From contig CAVZDU010000003.1 in assembly GCA_963774265.1 (NCBI GenBank), positions 480,001-544,000 on the forward strand: a DNA stretch of 64,000 bases, written 5' to 3'. This DNA is from an uncultured Chloroflexia bacterium (GTDB lineage: Bacteria; Chloroflexota; Anaerolineae; CG2-30-64-16). Position numbers and translations under genes: made by a program. Of the stretch, positions 22,572-32,506 are shown in pieces. Each line of letters starts with the position of its first letter. Position 1 is the first letter of the stretch. The notes under the pieces were generated by a model. That model worked only from the letters and a program-made list of their open reading frames with translations. It was not told where the DNA came from and made no database searches.

Positions 22572-22792
22572 AAACACGAATGCGCGGCGCGCTGATCGTG
22601 GCCACGGTGTTGGTCATGGTGTTGGCCTACCTGGGCGGCGCGCTGGTATCAGCGCAAACCAGCTCTGCCCCGGCAGGCCCGCAGGCGCCAGCTCTCACCA
22701 ACGCACAGTGGGCTGTACTGGAGGCGGCCAATGCCCTGCTGCTCGATGGTGATGGCGAGACACCGACCTATTTGCCGCTCGTGCGGAAGTAG
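22568..22792 (+). CDS. Small exported protein with C-terminal YLPLVRK motif
   Basis: ATGA overlap, signal peptide, terminal TYLPLVRK. Confidence 0.65.
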   Translation: MKTRMRGALIVATVLVMVLAYLGGALVSAQTSSAPAGPQAPALTNAQWAVLEAANALLLDGDGETPTYLPLVRK

Positions 22793-22928
22793 TCGCGGTT
22801 CGCGGACGATGCAGACAGTGTTCACTTGAGCACCCTTTGCATCGTGCGCATATTGCTTCCTCTCCATTCTTGCCATACTCTCACCTCTGTGCTATAACTT
22901 ATCTACCGCGCGAGGGCTCCAGCCCTCG

Positions 22929-23015
22929 CTCTTTCTGCCCCCGGCGCGCAGCTCCAAGCTGGGTTGACCGGCGGCAATCCCCCTCCTGGGGAGGGGCATT
23001 TCCGAAGAAAGGAGG
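22929..23015 (+). promoter_or_regulatory. Probable S6:S18-binding rpsF leader RNA
   Basis: CTCTTTCT-GCCC...GGGC-atttCCG-aAGAAAGGAG: the outer stem sequesters the SD-like sequence, with CCG in the internal loop. Confidence 0.6.
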
Positions 23016-23027
23016 TACCGACGCGGT

Positions 23028-23330
23028 ATGTCCGACATTATGCGCGATTATGAGATGATCGTCATCGCTGCCCCGCAGTTAGATGATGAAGGCCTGAGCA
23101 GTCTGACCCAGCGTGTGAGTGGTTGGATTACGGGCGCGAAGGGAACGGTTTCCAACACCAATGTTTGGGGCCGTCGTTCGCTCGCGTACGCGATCAAGAA
23201 GCAAACTGAAGGCTACTACGTGCAGTTCAATTTTCAGTTGCTGCCCAGCGCGAGCCGCGAGCTCGAGCGCAACCTGCGACTGGATGAGAACGTCATCCGA
23301 CACCTGGTAATCCGCCTGGACGAGGTATAG
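23028..23330 (+). CDS. rpsF: 30S ribosomal protein S6
   Basis: MRDYEM, WGRRSLAYAIKK and VIRHLV motifs. Confidence 0.97.
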   Translation: MSDIMRDYEMIVIAAPQLDDEGLSSLTQRVSGWITGAKGTVSNTNVWGRRSLAYAIKKQTEGYYVQFNFQLLPSASRELERNLRLDENVIRHLVIRLDEV

Positions 23331-23363
23331 CCCCGACCTGACGGTGGAAGGGAGACGTGGACC

Positions 23364-23750
23364 GTGGCAAGAGGCTTAAACAAGGTCCTAATCATCGGCA
23401 ACCTGGGCCGCGATCCCGAAATGCGGTATACGCCGAGCGGTAAGCCGGTCACTTCGTTCAGTGTGGCGGTGAGCCGCGGCTGGACGACAAGCGCAGGCGA
23501 ACGCCGCGAGGCCACGGAATGGTTCAATGTCATCGCCTGGGGCAACCTGGCCGAGATTTGCAACCAGTATCTGCGTAAAGGCTCGCGCGTCTATGTTGAG
23601 GGACGGCTGCAAACGCGGAGTTGGGACGATCCCGATGGGCAGCGGCATTCGCGCACCGAGGTGGTCGCCAACGAGATGATGATCCTGGACAGCCGACCCG
23701 GCAATAACGAACCGGATGATTTCGGTTACGAAGAGGAAATGGGCTTCTAG
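23364..23750 (+). CDS. ssb: Single-stranded DNA-binding protein
   Basis: LNKVLIIGNLGRDPE and KGSRVYVEGRLQTRSW; rpsF-ssb-rpsR order. Confidence 0.97.
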   Translation: MARGLNKVLIIGNLGRDPEMRYTPSGKPVTSFSVAVSRGWTTSAGERREATEWFNVIAWGNLAEICNQYLRKGSRVYVEGRLQTRSWDDPDGQRHSRTEVVANEMMILDSRPGNNEPDDFGYEEEMGF

Positions 23751-23787
23751 ACCGTAGGGTCAGGCCCCGACATACGGAGAACTTCAT

Positions 23788-24138
23788 ATGGCAGACGAAA
23801 GAGAAATGAACAGCACGTCGCCCGCTCCCATGGAGCGTGTCGACCGGCCAGAGCGCGGCGATCGGATGGATCGCCGCCCGCGTGGTGGACCGGGCGGTGG
23901 TCGGGGGCGTTTCCAGCGCCGCCGCATCTGCGCCTTCTGCGTCGATAAGGTCGACAAAATCGACTATAAGGATGTCAACTTGCTGCGTCGCTTCGTATCT
24001 GACACCGGTCAGATTGATTCGCGGCGTCGCACGGGCACATGCGCTCGCCATCAGCGTCGCGTCACCGAGGCCGTCAAGCGGGCTCGCTTCCTGGCGCTGT
24101 TGCCTTACACCGCCGAGCACATTCGCCGCTACGGTTGA
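23788..24138 (+). CDS. rpsR: 30S ribosomal protein S18 (Zn-binding form)
   Basis: [21 protein letters not shown] and ARFLALLPY motifs. Confidence 0.97.
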   Translation: MADEREMNSTSPAPMERVDRPERGDRMDRRPRGGPGGGRGRFQRRRICAFCVDKVDKIDYKDVNLLRRFVSDTGQIDSRRRTGTCARHQRRVTEAVKRARFLALLPYTAEHIRRYG

Positions 24139-24187
24139 TGTTATGGCGAGCGGGGGACGCCCTCCGTTCGCCTAGTAAGGAACACCT

Positions 24188-25435
24188 ATGGCCAAGCGCA
24201 AAGAAGACGAACTCCGCGAGGAGACTAAGAAGCAGGCGCACCGTCGTCGCCGGGATGAGCAGGCCAATCGTAAGCTGATGTTGGGCCTGGGCGCAGTCGG
24301 CGCACTCTTGCTCCTGCTTATCATTGCAGGCGTTGTTCAGGAACTCGTTCTCAAGCCTCGACAACCCGTCGCAACGATCAACGGGCAACGCATCGGCTTG
24401 CAGGATTACCAGAAGCAGGTGAAGTTCAGTTGGTACCAGCAGCTCCAGCAGGGTACGCCAGTCGCTGACCCCCAGGGCTCCGGCCTCGAGGTGCTGGACC
24501 AGATGATCGATCTCGAACTGCTTCGCGAACAGGCTGCCCAACGCGGCATCACCGTGACCCAGCAGGAAGTGTCCGACCGGGTGGAACAGGCCTTTGGCTT
24601 CTACCGCCAGACGCCGACCCCGTTCCCGACAAGAACGCCCGATCCCAATGCCTCGCCGACGCCGGCGCCCCCGGGCACGGTCGCGCCGACAAGCACGCCC
24701 GCACCCACGGCCACGCCCTTCACCGAAGAGTCGTTTAAGGCTGACCTCAAGCGGTACATGGACACGCTCACCGCGACCACGGACATGACCGAGGCGGACT
24801 GGCGCAAGCTGGTTGAAGCGGAATTGCTCCAGCAGAAGCTGTACGAGGACGTCACCAAGGACGTTCCGACCACGGGCGAGCAGCTACGGCTCCGCCACAT
24901 CCTGATCGCAATTCGCGCGCCTCAACCAACCCCGGAGCCGACTGCAACACCGGGAGCGGACGCGACGCCGGCCCCAACAGTGGCGCCTGGCGCGACTGCA
25001 ACGCCGACGCCCCAGCCGACCCCTGCCCCGCGCACGGACGCCGAGGCCCTGCAACTGGCCCAGGAGATCAAGCAGAAGCTGGCTGCAGGCGAGGACTTCA
25101 CTTCGCTGGCCGTCGTCTATTCGGATGATTCGGGCAGCAAGGCGCAAGGCGGCGAGTTGGGTTGGTACTCAAAGGGCCAGGGACTGGTCCAGGAGTTTGA
25201 GGATGCGGCCTTCGGCCTGGAAGTTGGGCAGATCAGCGATCCGGTCCTGACGCAGTTCGGTTACCATATCATCCAGGTGGAAGAGAAGGACCCGAACCGC
25301 GAGCTGGACGCGTACACGCTGTACCAGAAGAAGCAGGAAGCCTACAGCACGTGGCTGACTGATGTGCGCAACGCAGCTAAAATTGAGCGCACCTGGACAC
25401 TGGACAAACTCCCACCGACGCCGTCGGCGGGATAA
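24188..25435 (+). CDS. Membrane-anchored parvulin PPIase (PrsA/SurA-like)
   Basis: TM anchor, RHILI, YSDD..S...GGELGW, FEDAAF and TQFGYHII motifs; PT-rich inserts. Confidence 0.9.
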   Translation: MAKRKEDELREETKKQAHRRRRDEQANRKLMLGLGAVGALLLLLIIAGVVQELVLKPRQPVATINGQRIGLQDYQKQVKFSWYQQLQQGTPVADPQGSGLEVLDQMIDLELLREQAAQRGITVTQQEVSDRVEQAFGFYRQTPTPFPTRTPDPNASPTPAPPGTVAPTSTPAPTATPFTEESFKADLKRYMDTLTATTDMTEADWRKLVEAELLQQKLYEDVTKDVPTTGEQLRLRHILIAIRAPQPTPEPTATPGADATPAPTVAPGATATPTPQPTPAPRTDAEALQLAQEIKQKLAAGEDFTSLAVVYSDDSGSKAQGGELGWYSKGQGLVQEFEDAAFGLEVGQISDPVLTQFGYHIIQVEEKDPNRELDAYTLYQKKQEAYSTWLTDVRNAAKIERTWTLDKLPPTPSAG

Positions 25436-25440
25436 GCTCA

Positions 25441-25474
25441 AGGGGACGCAGATCAGCTGAGGTCTGCGTCCTCT
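25441..25474. terminator. Bidirectional terminator-like hairpin
   Basis: AGGGGACGCAGAT...GTCTGCGTCCTCT between convergent genes. Confidence 0.6.
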
Positions 25475-25476
25475 CT

Positions 25477-27648
25477 TTAGCCGTTCTGTCTTCGGACCTC
25501 GCGGACGTTCTGCACCTGGTTGATCTTATAGAGCACCCGATCGAGTTGTTCTGCGTCGCGCACTTCCAGGGTGGCGGTGATCATCGCCAGGTTGTCGCGG
25601 CGGGCAGTGACAGCCGACGCATCCTCGAGGTTGATGTTCTCCAGGTCCAACACCCCGACGATATCCTTCAGAAGCCCGGCCCGGTCGTAGGCCATCACCC
25701 GGATTTTCACGCGTGAAAGTTGCGGCGGCGTCGAGCCCCAGTCCACGCGGATGATGCGGTCGCGGTCGAGCCGCTGCACGTTCGGGCAGTCGCTGCGATG
25801 GACCGACACCCCGCGGCCGCGCGTTACGAAACCGACGATATCATCCGGTGGCATAGGATTGCAGCATTTGGAAATGACGGTCAACAGGTTCCCTGCGCCC
25901 TGCACCGCAATCCCTTCCACGTGGGGAGCAGCCGCTGTCGACTGCCGCTGATCGGTGTGCGGCAGCTCTTCCCGGGCCTCCTTGAGCGCCTCGTCGGGCT
26001 TATTGAGCTGCAGCACCCGCTTGGCAATGTCCGCAGTGGTGATGTCGCTTGTGCCCACCTCAGTGAGGAAGTCATCCAGGTTCTGATAACCGAACAACCC
26101 TGCCACATCCTGGTACGTCATCTGATCGATATTGAGGCGGTGCAGTTCGCGATCGAGCAGGTCGCGTCCCGCCGAAATATTCTCGTCCCGGTTTTGTAGT
26201 TTGAACCACTGGCGAATCTTGGTCCGGGCGCGGGAGGTTTTGACATAACCCAGGTGCGGATTGAGCCAGTCGCGGCTGGGGCCGCCGCGCTTGGCGGTCA
26301 GCACTTCCACCTGATCCCCGCTCTGGAGGGGGGTGTCCAGGCTCACGAGCTTGCCGCGCACCTTGGCCCCGCGACAGCGATGGCCGATCTCCGTGTGAAC
26401 GCGATACGCGAAGTCGATCGGCGTGGCGCCCGCGGGCAGGTCAATCACCTCTCCCTTCGGGGTGAAGACGTACACACGATCTTTGAAAAGCTCATCCTTG
26501 GCTGTGGCGATGAATTCGCTGCCGCCGGCCTGCTCCTGAGACTGCCAGTCGAGCACCGAACGCAGCCACTTGATCTTGCGGTCGTAAGCATCATCGTGGC
26601 GGGTTTGCGATTTGTAGCGCCAGTGTGCGGCGATACCCACATCGGCGATACGGTCCATCTCGGGCGTTCGGATTTGCACTTCGAGCGGCCGCCCGTTGGG
26701 CCCCACAACCGCGGTGTGGAGCGACTGATATTGGTTATCCTTCGGGCTCGCGATGTAGTCATCAAATTCACCCGGGATGGGCCGCCACAGAGAATGCACC
26801 ACCCCCAAGGCCGCGTAGCAATCTGCCAATTCCGGTACGATCAGCCGAATGCCGTGCTGGTCATACACCTGATCGAGGGTGACGCCCTTGCGCTTCATCT
26901 TGCGCCAGATGCTATAGATATGCTTGGGCCGGCCCGAGATGTTCGCCTGGACGTTGTGCTTTTCAAGCTCTCGTTTCAGCGTCTGAACGACAGCCTCGAC
27001 TTGCGCCTCGCGCTCCTCGCGCCGCGCGGAGAGCTCCTTCGCCATCTTCTCGTAGGTATCCGGCTCCAGGTAGCGAAACGCGAGATCCTCCAATTCCCAT
27101 TTGATCTGGTAGATGCCCAGGACGCTGGCGAGGGGTGCGTAGACATCGAGCGTCTCGCGCGCGATGCGCTGCTGCTGGCTGGCCGACATGGCGCCGAGAG
27201 TGCGCATGTTGTGCAGCCGATCCGCCAGCTTGATGAGGACCACGCGCACATCGTTGACCATGGCCAGCAGCATCTTGCGGAAGCTTTCCACCTTGGGATC
27301 GCGGCTATCCTCGGGATACGCCGCCATGTCGGAGATGTTTTGCAGCTTGGTGACGCCGTCGACCATGCTGGCGACTTCGGGGCCGAACTCCTCGATGAGG
27401 ATAGGGACTTTATGGAGGGTGTCCTCGGCAACGTCGTGCAGAAGTGCGGCAGCGACGGTGCGCGCATCCAGCCGCAGGTCAGCAAGGATAGCGGCGACGG
27501 CCTCGGGATGGATTATGTAGGGCTCGCCCGTCTTGCGCTTCTGCTCGACGTGGGCCGCGTCGGCATACTCGTACGCACGGTGGACGAGGGCCGTGTCCTG
27601 CGGCGAATAGCTTTTCGGCAGATGCTCTCGAAGCGATTCCCAACTCAT
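25477..27648 (-). CDS. relA: Long RSH (p)ppGpp synthetase/hydrolase
   Basis: LLHDVAEDT, KLADRLHNMRTL, YQSLHT, EVQIRT, plus TGS, CC and ACT domains. Confidence 0.95.
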   Translation of the reverse strand: MSWESLREHLPKSYSPQDTALVHRAYEYADAAHVEQKRKTGEPYIIHPEAVAAILADLRLDARTVAAALLHDVAEDTLHKVPILIEEFGPEVASMVDGVTKLQNISDMAAYPEDSRDPKVESFRKMLLAMVNDVRVVLIKLADRLHNMRTLGAMSASQQQRIARETLDVYAPLASVLGIYQIKWELEDLAFRYLEPDTYEKMAKELSARREEREAQVEAVVQTLKRELEKHNVQANISGRPKHIYSIWRKMKRKGVTLDQVYDQHGIRLIVPELADCYAALGVVHSLWRPIPGEFDDYIASPKDNQYQSLHTAVVGPNGRPLEVQIRTPEMDRIADVGIAAHWRYKSQTRHDDAYDRKIKWLRSVLDWQSQEQAGGSEFIATAKDELFKDRVYVFTPKGEVIDLPAGATPIDFAYRVHTEIGHRCRGAKVRGKLVSLDTPLQSGDQVEVLTAKRGGPSRDWLNPHLGYVKTSRARTKIRQWFKLQNRDENISAGRDLLDRELHRLNIDQMTYQDVAGLFGYQNLDDFLTEVGTSDITTADIAKRVLQLNKPDEALKEAREELPHTDQRQSTAAAPHVEGIAVQGAGNLLTVISKCCNPMPPDDIVGFVTRGRGVSVHRSDCPNVQRLDRDRIIRVDWGSTPPQLSRVKIRVMAYDRAGLLKDIVGVLDLENINLEDASAVTARRDNLAMITATLEVRDAEQLDRVLYKINQVQNVREVRRQNG

Positions 27649-27715
27649 ACACTCACCAATTCCCCATACCCGTTTTGCTCTTCGTCCTGCCTGATGCTAT
27701 ACTCGTCGAGCAAAT

Positions 27716-27788
27716 GCCCCCATAGCTCAGTGGATAGAGCGACTGACTTCGGATCAGTAGGCCGCGGGTTCGAATCCTGCTGGGGGTA
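27716..27788 (+). tRNA. tRNA-Arg(UCG)
   Basis: GCCCCCA/TGGGGGT acceptor stem, arm ACTGA-CTTCGGA-TCAGT, GGTTCGAATCC. Confidence 0.93.
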
Positions 27789-27803
27789 CTGGGTCCTTAA
27801 TCG

Positions 27804-27854
27804 AAACCTCCCAGGTCTCAGGCCAACCAACGGTTGGCACGACCTGGGAGGTTT
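27804..27854. terminator. Long hairpin after the tRNA (terminator or REP-like)
   Basis: AAACCTCCCAGGTC..GCCAACC-aac-GGTTGGC..GACCTGGGAGGTTT followed by a T run. Confidence 0.65.
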
Positions 27855-27979
27855 TTTGCTGCAACACTGCCTGCGCCCCCCACTGTTCGAATCATAGCAC
27901 AGGCCCGCGCACTTTGGCAACCCCGCGAAAAAGGGCCGGGCTGCGCTCCTGGGCGGTCTAGCGATACAGGCATTGTCCG

Positions 27980-28725
27980 TGCCTTTACAAAAGCCCAAGC
28001 CGTGATCGGTGGCGAGTACGATGCCGTCGTGCATACACTCCGCCGGCTGGCACGCGCCGGCTGGGTCGTGCGCCTGACCGCGGGCCGCTATGCCATGATC
28101 CCGCTGTCCTCCGGGAGCACGTCCGCGCCCCAGGTGAACCGCTACGTCATCATGCGCGAACTGCTGGAGCCGGCGCCGTACTACATCTCGCACGACAGCG
28201 CCATGGACATCCACGACATGCTGACCCGGCCCATCACCCTTGTCAGTGCGACGTCGCCGCGCCGGTTGGCTGGGAGCACGATCCTGGGCATCCCGTATCG
28301 TTTCATCTATGCGCCGCCTACAGCCCTCTGGGGCCATGCGCCGATCTGGGTGACGCCCTACGAACAGGTGACCGTAAGCGACCTGGAGCGGACCCTGCTG
28401 GACGGGCTGGCCCGCCCAGATCTCTGCGCAGGCATCAGCGAGGTCGCCACGGCGTTATGGATGCGCCACACCGACCTGGACTGGGACAAGCTGGGGGATT
28501 ACGCCGAAAAGCTGGGAGGACAGGCTGCAGCGCAGCGCCTGGGTTATCTGCTCGAGCTCTTCGAATTGGGATCGCCAGCGTTGCTTGCCCGGCTGCAAGC
28601 GCTAACGGCGACCGGGTACGTGCGTCTCGCCCCGCGGTTGCCCGACGAGGGGCCTTACCTGGCGCGGCTGGCGTCTACGCATCAATATCGAGCCAGCCAG
28701 CCTGGAAGCTGTCAGCAGGACGTGA
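27980..28725 (+). CDS. abiEi: AbiEi-family antitoxin; start unclear or 5'-truncated, frameshift ~28665
   Basis: GWVVRLTAGRY, YYISHDSAM, VSDLERTLLD and QRLGYLLE motifs. Confidence 0.75.
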
Positions 28726-28728
28726 CCC

Positions 28729-29542
28729 GTGATCCAACCTGCTGAAATCGCGCGCCTAGCCCACCGCTTGGGCCTTGGCGACAAGACCGTCGAAAAGGAC
28801 TACGCGCTGACGTGGACGCTGCTGGCGGTCGCGGACTCACCGCTGCGTGACCGCCTGGCCTTCAAGGGCGGCACCGCGCTCAAGAGGGTCTACGTGCCGG
28901 AGTATCGGTTCTCAGAAGATCTCGACTTCACATTGCTGGCTGAGAATGTCCAACGATGAGCTGGTCGGTGCAGTGGAGGCCCTCTTCACCTGGTTGCGAC
29001 GCGAGGCCAACATCACGCTCGCCGTCCGCCGGCTGAAGGTGCACCAGACCGGGAACCCGGCGATCTATCTGAACTACACAGGTCCTTTGGGCGGCGACCT
29101 GATCACTCGGTTTTTCAAGACGGACTTCACGCGCGATGAAGTGCTTCTCTTCCCACTGGTCGAGGCGCCTTTGCATGTGCCGTACAGCGATTGTCAATCG
29201 CGCAGCCAGACGTTGCGCGTCTACTCGCCCGAGGAGATTCTGGCCGAGAAGCTGTGCGCGCTGCTCGGACGCACAGAGCCGCGCGATCTGTACGATGTAT
29301 ATTACATTCTGGAGCACGACCTGGCGGATGCCCAGGCTGTTTCGTATCGGGTAGATGCCAAGATGGCGCATAGCAAGGTGCAACGGGCCGAACTGGGCGG
29401 CGTGTTGGTACGCAAACAGGAGACCTTGCGCCGGCTATGGGAGCCACGACTGAAGGGCCAGATGCCCGACCTGCCACACCTGGATACCGTGATTCGTGAG
29501 ACAAATCGTTGGCTGCGGCAAGCGGGACTTGTGGGCGAGTAG
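28729..29542 (+). CDS. abiEii: AbiEii nucleotidyltransferase toxin (frameshift ~28945)
   Basis: VEKDY, FKGGTALK, RFSEDLDF, EILAEK and PRDLYD motifs. Confidence 0.85.
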
Positions 29543-29894
29543 CAGAGCAGGCTCGCCGCATCATCATCAAGTGACTGACCGCTCCACTCATGGTGGCCGC
29601 CATGGAGGATGATGAACTCATTCATGAGACGCAGGCGATCGTGGGCCGCCAAACCCCCTCAGCGCTGGTCGCCACATGCAGGTAGCGTCCCAGCGGCGGG
29701 CCCGGCAGCCTTCATCGCCGACATGGCGAGGCTCCCTGAAAAGCCGCGTGTGTGACTGAATCTGTCACACACGCCGCAACTTCTAAGAGGGCCTGGCTAG
29801 CGGATGAGGAACGTGCTACTGACAGCCCGGCAGAGATAGCTCGGCGAAACCCGGTGCTGGCACTCGGCGAACAACAGAAGGAAATCCTCTCGTG

Positions 29895-30683
29895 CTATGC
29901 GGCCGGCCTGCTGTTTGCTGAGCTTGCCGGCAACCGGAGTGGGCGCACCCCGCTCCAGATCAACAACACTGCGACGATCCCAGCTGCGACCCATGCCGCC
30001 AGCGAGACTGCGGGGATGGGCGCTTGCCTGAGGGCGATGCCGATCAAAGCCCAAACCGGCACGGCCAGATAGGCCACGTCGCGCCGCGTCACGGCCACCA
30101 AGGCGGCGACGGCCACGGCTGCCGCCAACATGATGATCGTCCAGGTCGCCGGCGCAATGCCCCAGCCGTCCCAGCCCAGCACATAGAGCAGTTGCGACGC
30201 GTTGGCGATGGTCGCCACGGTGATCCAGCCCAGGTAGATGCTGAATGGCACGCCCACCGCCCAAGTCTCATTTGGGGCGACGCGGGTCCGCCCCGTGCCC
30301 AGGCGCAGATAAATGCCGATCAGGGCGCCCAGCAGTATCAGCATGAACAGCATGCTGAGCGGGAAATGCTCGTAGTGCCACGCGAAGATCCAGGCGATAT
30401 TCGCCAGGCTCGCCACGACGAAGAGGCCGCCGATGCGCCGCAGCCGGCTGTTCTCCCGTCGGCTGGGGAGCGCCTGGAAGATCGCGAAGGCGATGAGGCC
30501 CAGGTATATGACGCCCCAGATCGCGAAGACATAGGCCGCCGGCACGAACAAGACCGGAAACTGGTCGGTGACTTCGCCGGATCGCATGCCGTTGAGCGGC
30601 AGGATGTTAGCCAGCGCATTGATGACAAGGGTTGCCACCAGTCCGATAATGGTGACAACCTGACGAAGGGTATCGCGTTGCAT
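29895..30683 (-). CDS. Tryptophan-rich sensory protein (TspO/MBR-like)
   Basis: PAAYVFAIWGVIY, NIAWIFAW and FSIYLGWITVA motifs. Confidence 0.82.
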   Translation of the reverse strand: MQRDTLRQVVTIIGLVATLVINALANILPLNGMRSGEVTDQFPVLFVPAAYVFAIWGVIYLGLIAFAIFQALPSRRENSRLRRIGGLFVVASLANIAWIFAWHYEHFPLSMLFMLILLGALIGIYLRLGTGRTRVAPNETWAVGVPFSIYLGWITVATIANASQLLYVLGWDGWGIAPATWTIIMLAAAVAVAALVAVTRRDVAYLAVPVWALIGIALRQAPIPAVSLAAWVAAGIVAVLLIWSGVRPLRLPASSANSRPAA

Positions 30684-30749
30684 AGTTTCGCTCCTTGTAT
30701 GATACTTTCGGCAGGTTGCGGGCCCGCTTCAGGATCAGCAGGCTTCGAC

Positions 30750-31751
30750 TCATTGTGATACGTCAGCGCGCCTCAGATAGGACGAAATCTCTCCCGCCAG
30801 CGCGCTGCCCTTCGCCTCGTCGAAGCTGCCGGTCGTGCGCCACAGGATGCCGCCCTGGCGGTCGACCAGCAGGACGTGAACCTCGTTCTTGCTGGGGATG
30901 CCGAGCGCCCGCATGAACCTTGCCAGGTCGATGTAAAGCGTGATGGTGCGTTCGCGCGCCCTGGCGTTGGGGATGCCTGCCCGCATGCCCTCGTTGATGA
31001 AGGTACGCGAGAGCGCGGGCAGCTCATTAATGGTGGGCAATTCATAGTAGGCGAGCTCAGAAAAGGAGGATTCCAGCTTGTCCGCGAAAGGAATCCAGGT
31101 GTTGACGATGGTCTGCTGGAACTGCAAAAACGGCACGAACAGGAGATTGAGATCGCCCCGGAAGTCGCGCGGGAACTCGAGTTCCTGGCGGTTCAGGTTG
31201 AATCCTGAAACTACGGGAAATCTGACGCTGTCCGAGCCGACATCTAGCCGGCTCCGGCGAACTAGTAGCGGCATTGCTTCCTCTTTTCTTGTGAACAACG
31301 CCCGCCAGGCGCCGGTGGACCACATTGCCCAGAGCACGAGCACCGGCTGGAAGAACAGCCGAACGAAGCGGGCCTGATCGGTGTTCAACCCGAAGGCATC
31401 GATCCGGTTGACGTACTGGGAGATGTTGCCCGGGAAGATCAGCACAAAGAACGCAGCAGCGGCCAGGCCGACGAGCACGCGCTGTTTGAACAGGAAGATC
31501 AGGGCTAGCCCCAGCGCAATCTCAGCGATCCCGGACAGGATGACGACCAGATCGCCATTCACTGGCAGCCAGGTCGGCACCTGGGCCAGAAACTCGGCCC
31601 GCGCCACCGTGAGATGGGTGGTCCCGGCAAAGACCAGGAATGCGCCCAACAGGATGCGCAAGACTGTCTGCACCGTCCGGGAGGTCTTCTGTCCCGTACC
31701 GGGCTGTTCGGAGCGAAGGCTCTTGTTCTCTGTGATCACCCAATTCTCCAT
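30750..31751 (-). CDS. DoxX-like membrane domain fused to a thioredoxin/ATP10-like domain
   Basis: FAGTTH, SGIAE, FPGNI, RLFFQP; then FPVVSGFNL...NEGMRAGIP...LVDRQGGILW. Confidence 0.65.
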   Translation of the reverse strand: MENWVITENKSLRSEQPGTGQKTSRTVQTVLRILLGAFLVFAGTTHLTVARAEFLAQVPTWLPVNGDLVVILSGIAEIALGLALIFLFKQRVLVGLAAAAFFVLIFPGNISQYVNRIDAFGLNTDQARFVRLFFQPVLVLWAMWSTGAWRALFTRKEEAMPLLVRRSRLDVGSDSVRFPVVSGFNLNRQELEFPRDFRGDLNLLFVPFLQFQQTIVNTWIPFADKLESSFSELAYYELPTINELPALSRTFINEGMRAGIPNARARERTITLYIDLARFMRALGIPSKNEVHVLLVDRQGGILWRTTGSFDEAKGSALAGEISSYLRRADVSQ

Positions 31752-31828
31752 GTGACGCCTGCGATTACGTCGTACACACAGGGGCACGGGGATGCAAAAC
31801 CGGGGAGAAGGTATCTGGTACCCAGGCT

Positions 31829-32451
31829 CTAGTAAGTCAAACCGACCGCGCGGCGCACGAAGCGCTCATCCGCCAGGTTCTGCAACATGAAGTCGGCCAC
31901 ATCGGCGCGCGCAATGCGTGGTTGGCTAATCTTCTCCGCGGGTCGGTGATGCAGCGGTAGATGCCGGTCCGGGGGCCATCCTCCAGTCCGCCCGGCCTGG
32001 CAATGATCCAGTCGAGGTCGCTCGCGCGGATGATCCCCTCCTCGATCTCCTTCTCGTCCAGTGCCTTGCGCAGGAACAGCGGCACAACGATCTGACGCGC
32101 CACCCACCCCATCTGCTCCCGGCTATCGCCGACCCCGAACGAAGACACGTGAATCAGACGCATGACCCCAGCCTGGCTCATCGCCGCAACGATGTTCTGG
32201 ACGCCGCCCGGCAGCACGCCGTATTGCCCACCGCGTGGCCCCAGCGCTGACAGGACGGCCTCATGACCGGTCACGCCGTGGCCGACGGCCGCCGCATCTG
32301 TCACATCGCCCTCGACGATCGTGAGTCCCGGCCGCGCCTCCAGCGCGGCCGGGTTACGCACAAACGCCGTCACCTGGTGGCCCTGCTCCAACCCCTGGGT
32401 CAGCAGCGCTCGCCCCGTTCCCCCTGTAGCCCCGAACACCAATAGCCTCAT
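31829..32451 (-). CDS. NAD(P)H-binding oxidoreductase (flavin reductase/BVR-B-like), frameshift ~31935
   Basis: VFGATGGTG, LDWIIARP and IARADVADF motifs. Confidence 0.85.
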
Positions 32452-32506
32452 GTTGAACAACTCCTCTGGCGCGCCTGCGCGCTTATCCCCCAGGACCGGC
32501 AGAACG

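Noticed and set aside
27750-27788. tRNA-Arg 3' end as an att site for the downstream accessory region
   Set aside because: I found no second copy in the window by eye, so an integrative boundary cannot be claimed.
29545-29890. Hairpin GCGTGTGTGAC..GTCACACACGC (29746-29774) and short ORFs
   Set aside because: Most simply a terminator between convergent genes; no coding support.
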